Positions 26,878 through 32,000 of a stretch of 32,000 nucleotides of DNA are shown here, one piece after another; the first letter of the stretch is position 1, and each line of letters begins with the position of its first letter. The notes beneath the pieces were generated by a model. It was not told the origin of the DNA. It searched no databases and saw nothing but the letters and a program-made list of their open reading frames with translations. The DNA is from Candidatus Borrarchaeum yapensis (GTDB lineage: Archaea; Asgardarchaeota; Sifarchaeia; Borrarchaeales; Borrarchaeaceae), in NCBI GenBank assembly GCA_016840515.1, contig JAEOSF010000001.1, positions 50,447-82,446 on the forward strand, in the 5' to 3' direction. Made by a program: the position numbers and the translations under genes.

Positions 26878-27606
26878 TTAGTCCTTCTCTTCATCGATTG
26901 TTCGAACACCCGGCATTATGATTTTCCCATTTTTCTCAAGGATGCGTCGTTCTATCAACTTGAAAGGGTTTTCTAAAAGACTTTGTTTTGCTAAGCCATG
27001 AGGCAAACCAACAAGTTTTGCTAATAGTAACATTTCTCGTGAACCTCTTAGTTCATATTTGCTAAGTGCACCAGTTCCAATTACGAACATAACATCGTTT
27101 CGAAGTGCAACAGAGAGTATTTTTCTCCAAATCCGCAAGAGTTTTGCCCTAACCTTACCATAATATCTTATAAAAGGGATCAAAGTAATTTCTAATGCGA
27201 TTTCATTTTTTGAGCAATTACGAGCAACTATTTCTGTAAACACGGGCGCCTTTACGGTGGGAGGAAGTGTTAAAATGTCTACAAATCTATTAGTCGATGC
27301 GAATCTGCATACATTTTCTGAAGAACACTCAACGGCGACCAAATCTACTTTCCTTCTAACATAATTAAGTTTGTGTGATAATTCTCGTGGGGTTTTTGGA
27401 GAAATATCTGCTCGTGCATAAACATTTGGAGTAAAATCTTTACATTCTTGGAGAAGAGTTTCAACCTGAGAAGGATCAATAGCACCGAAATCTGATATAC
27501 ATATATTTTGGTGTCCCAGACGATGCGCCATCTCAATCATTTCTGATAAAGTAGATGTACCACCAGAATGAGTTGAATGAACATGAACATCGTAACTCCC
27601 CTTCAT
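26878..27606 (-). CDS. rnp3: RNase P protein component 3 (Rpp30 homologue, PHP/TIM-barrel)
   Basis: 242 aa. 'YDVHVHS' N-terminal motif, the size, and the conserved neighbourhood with Pop5, COG1325 and L15e. Confidence 0.75.
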   Translation of the reverse strand: MKGSYDVHVHSTHSGGTSTLSEMIEMAHRLGHQNICISDFGAIDPSQVETLLQECKDFTPNVYARADISPKTPRELSHKLNYVRRKVDLVAVECSSENVCRFASTNRFVDILTLPPTVKAPVFTEIVARNCSKNEIALEITLIPFIRYYGKVRAKLLRIWRKILSVALRNDVMFVIGTGALSKYELRGSREMLLLAKLVGLPHGLAKQSLLENPFKLIERRILEKNGKIIMPGVRTIDEEKD

Positions 27607-27644
27607 CCCATCTCACCATAATAAACAGTCAATTATCACTCCTC

Positions 27645-27684
27645 CGCAAGAAGACCCCTCAACGTGTTGGGGGGATGAATTGCG
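27645..27684. repeat. 40-nt hairpin repeat, copy A (cgcaa-gaaga-ccccucaac-gu-guugggggg-augaa-uugcg)
   Basis: 34/40 identical to copy B at 31878-31917. It has an outer 5-bp stem and an inner 8-9-bp stem. Three of the six differences from copy B (C to U in the 5' arm of the inner stem, opposite G) preserve pairing only as plus-strand RNA, through G·U. Confidence 0.6.
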
Positions 27685-27865
27685 TTACCTTTTTCACTTT
27701 CATGATACTCCCTAACCTTTAAGTACTGTTTCGCAGAGATCGTATGTAGAATTGAGCTGAGGTAACACTCGCCAGTTCTCACATTAACTTAATACCACGT
27801 TCAGGGCAGGAACTGCCCGTAGAGCCTGTTTGACATGTCCCGTTGGGGAATGAGTGATTCAGGAA

Positions 27866-27887
27866 ACCATACAACTTGTTGCATGGT
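27866..27887 (-). terminator. hairpin directly after the COG1325 gene stop (minus RNA: ACCAUGCAAC-AA-GUUGUAUGGU, then UUUCC)
   Basis: 9-10-bp stem (one G·U on the minus strand, A·C on the plus strand). It starts 4 nt after the stop and is followed by a U-rich tract. It shares the CAAC-NN-GTTG core with the 40-nt repeat. Confidence 0.45.
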
Positions 27888-27890
27888 AGT

Positions 27891-28367
27891 TCACTCCATT
27901 AACAAACTTTCGCAAATTGATTTAACTTTTTCATGTGTTGGCGAAGGATAGATAGCAAATGAAATTGTTATTCGAACTACATCATCTTCATCCCGTAATT
28001 TGAAGTGACCCTTGAAGGCAGCTTGCTTGTCAAACCGTAGGTATAACCGTGATTTGTCAATTCGTCTTTCCAGCCCTTCGCTTAACACATATTTATCTTG
28101 ATCATCTAAACCAGTTGTTATATACTTGATTATTTGCATGATATCATCGGTATCGGTAAATTTTGTCTTTAAAAGGGATATTGGGTTATTCCAATGTCCT
28201 CTAACTTTATCTACTTTCAATTTGAGTTTATCGTGAATATCCTCAGGTATTAAAAAGAGGAGTGCTTGCTTAACTTTATCTAAATCTTCTGTTGCATGAA
28301 CGTGCGTTGTAAACTCAGCAGAAGAAATCCGATAAGTAAAACTATTTTTCTTATTCATTGAAATCAC
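27891..28367 (-). CDS. COG1325-type predicted RNA-binding/'exosome-associated' protein
   Basis: 158 aa. 'THVHATEDLDKVKQAL' motif and its position between L15e and Rpp30, as in the archaeal exosome superoperon. Confidence 0.6.
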   Translation of the reverse strand: MISMNKKNSFTYRISSAEFTTHVHATEDLDKVKQALLFLIPEDIHDKLKLKVDKVRGHWNNPISLLKTKFTDTDDIMQIIKYITTGLDDQDKYVLSEGLERRIDKSRLYLRFDKQAAFKGHFKLRDEDDVVRITISFAIYPSPTHEKVKSICESLLME

Positions 28368-28464
28368 AAAGATTTAGGAATCTCAAGTTTATATCGACTT
28401 GATTTGTTAAAAAAGATTAGTGGATATTAAGGAAACTAATGAAACACTAAATAGGTATAATCAG

Positions 28465-28810
28465 ATTACATTGTGGCTAAGCAAGAAAGCACCACAGCTT
28501 CAGCGTGGTGATGAATGGCGGTAGTGTGTTCACTTTCATCACGTGCATCGAGGGGTCTCCCTAAAGTTATATAGGTAGTATGAGGAAGGTATTAACACCA
28601 ATCGGAGGGATAATACGCACACTTGAAGATAAGGTGCATACTCCGATTGCATCACCATCGTTAGCCTTACCTACGGGGCGTAGGGATGTTAAGCCTGTGG
28701 AGATAAGACCTCCGTAACCCGCAAGGGGATCGAGTCCATCGTAGAAGCAGGAAGCCTCGATGCTTTAGCACGAGGTAGCTCACATTGCGGAGAACAGCTA
28801 TTACAGTTTT
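28465..28810. ncRNA. G+C-richer, hairpin-dense island of unknown identity (candidate structured RNA)
   Basis: No ORF of 60 aa or more on any frame. Perfect 9-bp stem caatcggag/ctccgattg (28599-28607 / 28641-28649). Hairpins cctacg-ggg-cgtagg (28670-28684), ccc-gcaa-ggg (28718-28727), gtgatgaa/ttcatcac (28508-28515 / 28535-28542) and caccac/gtggtg (28490-28495 / 28505-28510). Strand and class are not determined. Confidence 0.4.
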
Positions 28811-28858
28811 CCAAGAAAAATAGTAAGGAAAGGACTTATAGTATAGAAAGAAAAAAGA

Positions 28859-29443
28859 CTATTTTCCTCTATGTCTGTGGCTTGCCAAACTAGGACGTAT
28901 TTTCTCTGTACCTAGTCCTTTCTTACGTAGACCTCTTGACTTTTTCCCAGCACTTGTTAGTCCTCGTGCAGCTCTACCTTTATGTACTGGATCACAAATC
29001 CAATTTATTCTAGGATCAGACTGAATCACTGGATGGTTTGGATCAACGAGAATTATTTCAAACCACTTGTACATACCATCTGCTTCCACCCAATAACTAT
29101 TAAGCACACGTAAATTGGGAAATCTTCTTTCAGCGTTTTCTTCGGCCATAACCTGTCTAGACTTCCCTAGTGTAATTTTTGTAACACCCATGCGCTTTGA
29201 TCGCCTGCCACGTGTTGGGCGAGGTTTTTGTCGTGACCCACGTCGAACTCGAACTCTAGCTAAAACAAAACCTTGTTTTGCTTTATATCCTAATTTCCTC
29301 GCACGATCAATACGTGTTGGTCGGTCTATGCGAACTGTTGCGGGTTGACGCCTCCATTTTATGCGCCTTTCCCGTGAAAGTCTTTTCATAACTTTCGAGT
29401 CTTTGTCTTTCCACATTTTTTCAACATAAGAATATAAACCCAT
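28859..29443 (-). CDS. rpl15e: 50S ribosomal protein L15e
   Basis: 'MGLYSYVEKMWKDK...RIKWRRQPATVRIDRPTRIDRARKLGYKAKQGFVLARVRVRRG...'. The start was reset to ATG 29441-29443 (GGAGGT 6 nt upstream). The 34-aa extension in the track is hydrophobic junk. Confidence 0.92.
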   Translation of the reverse strand: MGLYSYVEKMWKDKDSKVMKRLSRERRIKWRRQPATVRIDRPTRIDRARKLGYKAKQGFVLARVRVRRGSRQKPRPTRGRRSKRMGVTKITLGKSRQVMAEENAERRFPNLRVLNSYWVEADGMYKWFEIILVDPNHPVIQSDPRINWICDPVHKGRAARGLTSAGKKSRGLRKKGLGTEKIRPSLASHRHRGK

Positions 29444-29578
29444 TAAATTACCTCCCAAATATTTTACGTTCAGCGTATAAAACGCTACATCCAGGGAGAG
29501 AAAACAAATAGTGGAAAAGAAGGATTGGTTTTTAACTTTTTTCATTCTAGAAAATTTAAAGTAAATAGCTTGTCAATC

Positions 29579-30025
29579 CTAGACTTTGTAGAAAGTCCTC
29601 TTTCTGATCCTAGCGACTAGTTCACGCACCATAAGGTGGGCCATAGTACTTATTGCTGTTGATGCCTTATTCCTGTCAATGATAAGAATTGATGTGGGTA
29701 TATTACCGCACTTTTTCTTTATCTCCGTGCGATACCGCACCGCTGCTTCTTTATCTTCTTTAGACTTAGATGCAACGATCAGAACCCCTTTAGCTCCTTG
29801 ATAACTTTTTTGAACTAGTATCTGAAAGGCATTCTTGTGAGGATGCCAATAAGAGATCTTAACAGATTCAGAAGCAACACGTCCAACATGTACGCCTATT
29901 CCATCGACCATAATGTTGTCATAGGATATTAGACGCAAAATTTTGTCGTTTAGGTAATCATCGGGTCCAATAACTGCTATTTTGAAAATAAATCTATAAT
30001 CACGATGCTTTTGTTTCACACTCAA
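29579..30025 (-). CDS. Rab/Ras-like small-GTPase-fold protein lacking P-loop, DxxGQ and NKxD motifs (pseudoGTPase), paralogue 1
   Basis: 148 aa. 'YRFIFKIAVIGPDDYLNDKIL' in place of 'FK..LIGDSGVGKS.LL', 'ISYWHPHKNAF' in place of 'IWDTAGQERF', 'YQGAKGVLIV' in place of 'YRGAHGIIVV', 'ILIIDRNK' in place of 'LVGNKxD'. Confidence 0.7.
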   Translation of the reverse strand: MSVKQKHRDYRFIFKIAVIGPDDYLNDKILRLISYDNIMVDGIGVHVGRVASESVKISYWHPHKNAFQILVQKSYQGAKGVLIVASKSKEDKEAAVRYRTEIKKKCGNIPTSILIIDRNKASTAISTMAHLMVRELVARIRKRTFYKV

Positions 30026-30285
30026 GCTAGTTCGCCATTCTATATCAATAAGAATTGGTCTTACTGAAAGATGATTTGTATACCTATATATTGGTACTTG
30101 TTATTAATAAACATTGTATTAGTAAAAACATCGAGCGGATTTCGAACACATAAAATGTTATTTCTCTGTAACTGATTCAAAATAGAGAAAAGTCAGACCA
30201 TATCCGACATTGAATCAAAAGAAAACCTTACGTCAACTGAAAAACAGTTCAGTTCATTCGGTATAAATTGAAACGCGTGATAGAC

Positions 30286-30729
30286 TCAAACTTCTCTTGG
30301 GATTCTTTCTCTTATTTTAACGGCTAGTTCATTCATTTTAATATCGGCCATCTTATGTATCTCTTCGGGCTTCATACTTTTTCCAATGAGAAGATGTGTG
30401 GTGGGTATTTCACCGCATTTCTTATTCACTTCAGCGCGAAACTGCGGCAAGGTTTCAATATCGTCTTCATCTAAGACAATTAGAGCCCCATGAGCGCCCC
30501 TAAGCGCCAGAGAAACCAATACTTTGTAGGCATCTTGATGCGGCAACCAGTAACTCAGTTTAATTCGGTCTGTGTGATCAGCGTCACCTACATGTATTCG
30601 TAGACCGTCAATTCCTACGTTGCCCCCTGAGACCAAGTGCAGTACTTGATCTTTCAGAAAGTCATTAGGACCCACTACAGAAATCTTAAAAATAAAATCA
30701 TATGCACGTCGTTTACTAATATGGCTCAA
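30286..30729 (-). CDS. Rab/Ras-like small-GTPase-fold protein lacking nucleotide-binding motifs (pseudoGTPase), paralogue 2
   Basis: 147 aa. 'YDFIFKISVVGPNDFLKDQVL', 'LSYWLPHQDAY', 'LRGAHGALIVLD', 'LLIGKSMK'. It is collinear with paralogue 1 over the full length. Confidence 0.7.
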   Translation of the reverse strand: MSHISKRRAYDFIFKISVVGPNDFLKDQVLHLVSGGNVGIDGLRIHVGDADHTDRIKLSYWLPHQDAYKVLVSLALRGAHGALIVLDEDDIETLPQFRAEVNKKCGEIPTTHLLIGKSMKPEEIHKMADIKMNELAVKIRERIPREV

Positions 30730-30887
30730 AATGACTCCTCAGCGGTCTAAATCATCTTTGTCATATCGCATTAAAAGAAGTTTAAAACACACTTCTTATG
30801 ACGATCACCTTACTACGAAAAACCCGCTATCAATCTATTAAATTTTTTCTAGTGAACTCCTCCGCAGATTAAATGCGATCGCACCGA

Positions 30888-31817
30888 TTAGTGAAAAAAA
30901 TCAATAATTTTTTTTGCAAGGATAACAGATGCGTTTTTTTGTGTCTCTTTAGTAGTTGAACCGATGTGGGGCGTGGCTATTACATTTGGTTCGTTTATTA
31001 GTTCCGATTTGCCTGGAGGTTCTTTCTCAAATACATCTAAAGCAGCACCTGCAACTTTTTCTGATCTAATTGCCTTTAGGAGTGCCTTTTCATCGACAAC
31101 TCCTCCACGGGAAGCATTGATTAGATAAACGCCGTCCTTCATTCGTGAAAACTCTCTTTCACCAATCATATGATATGTGGAGGACAAGAGAGGAACATGA
31201 AGCGTTATTACATCAGCATTCCTTAATATCACCTCAAGCGCATCTTTAGAAGGACCGAAAGGTTCAACATTCATTTGTTTGGCATTTTCTAACGCACTAT
31301 CAAGAACATCATAAGCTATAACAGTCATTTCAAATGATTTCGCTCGTTTTGCAACTTCTACTCCTATATTTCCAAACCCCACAATACCAAGTGTTTTTCC
31401 TTTTAATTCTAATCCCTTCAATTCCTTCTTAAGCCATTTTCCTTCTTTTAAACCTTTATCTCCAATCGGAATATGACGAAATAGAGCTATGATTAGCCCG
31501 ATGACTAACTCTGCTACCGATACACTAGGGGCATTGGGGGTATTAAATACAGTTATATTATATTCCTTCGCGGCCTCCAAATCAACATTATCTAAACCGA
31601 CACCTGCGCGACCAATTATTGTAAGCGATGATTCTGCAAGCAGGTCACGAGTTACCTTTGTAGCACTTCTAACAATAAGTACAGCATATTCCTTTAACAA
31701 TTCCTTAAGCACAGAAGAAGTTTCTCCAAACCGTTCATCAACTACGAAGCCTGCATCCTTCAGCATTTTTATTCCATCAGCATGAACAGGATCGGTGACG
31801 AGAACTCTTACAACCAA
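30888..31817 (-). CDS. serA: D-3-phosphoglycerate dehydrogenase-like (short-form) D-2-hydroxyacid dehydrogenase
   Basis: 309 aa. 'RVLVTDPV...', 'RAGVGLDNVDLEAA', 'GKTLGIVGFGNIGVEVAKRA', 'LINASRGGVVDEKAL', 'GAALDVFEKEP', 'PHIGSTT'. TTG start with GGAGGT 6 nt upstream. The substrate is not certain. Confidence 0.75.
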   Translation of the reverse strand: MVVRVLVTDPVHADGIKMLKDAGFVVDERFGETSSVLKELLKEYAVLIVRSATKVTRDLLAESSLTIIGRAGVGLDNVDLEAAKEYNITVFNTPNAPSVSVAELVIGLIIALFRHIPIGDKGLKEGKWLKKELKGLELKGKTLGIVGFGNIGVEVAKRAKSFEMTVIAYDVLDSALENAKQMNVEPFGPSKDALEVILRNADVITLHVPLLSSTYHMIGEREFSRMKDGVYLINASRGGVVDEKALLKAIRSEKVAGAALDVFEKEPPGKSELINEPNVIATPHIGSTTKETQKNASVILAKKIIDFFH

Positions 31818-31835
31818 AAGATGACCTCCTATGAT

Positions 31836-32000
31836 CTAATAAGGAATAGGTACGCACAATTTGTTTTTATAAAATTTCGCAAGAAAAATTCTCAACTTGT
31901 TGGGGGGAAGAATTGCGTATTCTAATAACTCTTTAGCCAAACAATCTGTCCTCAATAAATTCAATAATGCGTCTAGCTCTTTTGCCCCACTCATAATATT
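31836..32000 (-). CDS. possible small or partial ORF (...MSGAKELDALLNLLRTDCLAKELLEYAILPPNKLRIFLAKFYKNKLCVPIPY*)
   Basis: The frame is open from the window edge to TAG 31836-31838. It has no recognisable motif and overlaps repeat copy B, so it may be non-coding. Confidence 0.2.
   Translation of the reverse strand, partial: NIMSGAKELDALLNLLRTDCLAKELLEYAILPPNKLRIFLAKFYKNKLCVPIPY
31878..31917. repeat. 40-nt hairpin repeat, copy B (cgcaa-gaaaaa-uucucaac-uu-guuggggg-gaagaa-uugcg)
   Basis: 34/40 identical to copy A at 27645-27684. It has the same length and the same outer and inner stems. Confidence 0.6.

Noticed and set aside
27645-27790. Reading the 40-nt repeat as the conserved C-terminus of a small protein (minus-strand '...GNAIHPPNTLRGLLAEE*' versus '...EYAILPPNKLRIFLAKF...')
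   Set aside because: In the extended ~47-nt alignment, the differences between the copies fall mostly on first and second codon positions and change the amino acids. Similarity stops abruptly at the repeat borders. The changes instead preserve base pairing, so nucleotide-level (structural) conservation is more plausible.
27801-27893. TGA stop of the COG1325 gene as a third selenocysteine codon
   Set aside because: Read-through gives only 29 non-conserved-looking codons ('TTMQQVVWFPESLIPQRDMSNRLYGQFLP') before another TGA. The protein already has its expected length (~158 aa), and the TGA does not replace a Cys motif.
28465-28810. Identification of the structured island as RNase P RNA, SRP (7S) RNA, tRNA or tRNA-Sec
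   Set aside because: On neither strand could I find the RNase P CR-I/CR-V pair (GAGGAAAGUCC / ACAGAAnnnGGCUUA) with a consistent P4. I also found no SRP helix-8 GNAR-tetraloop/AGCA motif in a workable context, no T-loop with matching stems, and no UCA anticodon stem-loop. There are partial resemblances only ('CCGUAACCC', 'UAGGUAAGGCU'). It is therefore left as an unidentified candidate RNA.
29444-29545. 34-aa N-terminal extension of L15e in the ORF track
   Set aside because: The conserved L15e N-terminus begins at 'MGLYSYVEKMWK', and GGAGGT lies 6 nt upstream of that ATG. The extension is hydrophobic and has no homology pattern.
1-32000. CRISPR arrays, rRNA genes, canonical tRNA genes
   Set aside because: No regularly spaced direct repeats were seen by eye on either strand, nor any rRNA-like conserved stretches or cloverleaf-compatible GTTCRANYC T-loops with matching stems.

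Overview
This is a low-GC archaeal chromosomal segment. It uses GGAGGT Shine-Dalgarno motifs, frequent TTG/GTG starts and TATA-like promoters, and carries ribosomal protein L15e and the RNase P proteins Pop5 and Rpp30. The gene content (Ras/Rab-like small GTPase homologues, selenoprotein Hdr, JAMM protease) suggests an Asgard (Lokiarchaeia-like) genome, but that placement is inference only.

Layout:
- 1-11.1 kb: miscellaneous genes. These are a JAMM protease, a Zn-ribbon membrane protein, an NTase-fold protein, a metallophosphoesterase, an APC permease, a COG2229-type GTPase fused to a wHTH, a Dpm1-like GT2, a decayed IS200/IS605 element with intact tnpB, and a SAM methyltransferase.
- 11.3-20.9 kb, minus strand: a redox block, glcD-like / glcF(HdrD-like), then hdrA-mvhD / gcvH-like / hdrC / hdrB / kynureninase.
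- 21.1-26.4 kb, plus strand: a glyoxylate module (glyoxylate reductase, glyoxylate carboligase, Hyi-like TIM barrel, class-V glyoxylate aminotransferase).
- 26.5-29.5 kb, minus strand: a fragment of the archaeal 'exosome superoperon' (L15e, COG1325 protein, Rpp30, Pop5), interrupted by two G+C-richer structured spacers.
- 29.6-32 kb: two tandem P-loop-less Rab-like paralogues and a SerA-like dehydrogenase.

Main results:
- The ORF track splits one hdrA-hdrA-mvhD fusion gene into pieces at two in-frame TGA codons. Both codons sit exactly where conserved Cys residues are expected, and an archaeal-type SECIS hairpin lies in the 3' spacer, so the gene very likely encodes a two-Sec selenoprotein.
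- The hdr operon contains a lipoyl-carrier (GcvH-like) gene and sits next to a GlcD/GlcF-type 2-hydroxyacid dehydrogenase and a bacterial-style glyoxylate/glycerate pathway.
- There is a tandem pair of Rab-derived pseudoGTPases.
- A 40-nt hairpin repeat occurs twice, and there are several candidate ncRNA islands.

No rRNA, tRNA or CRISPR array was recognised. All homology statements come from motif recognition by eye; no searches were run.
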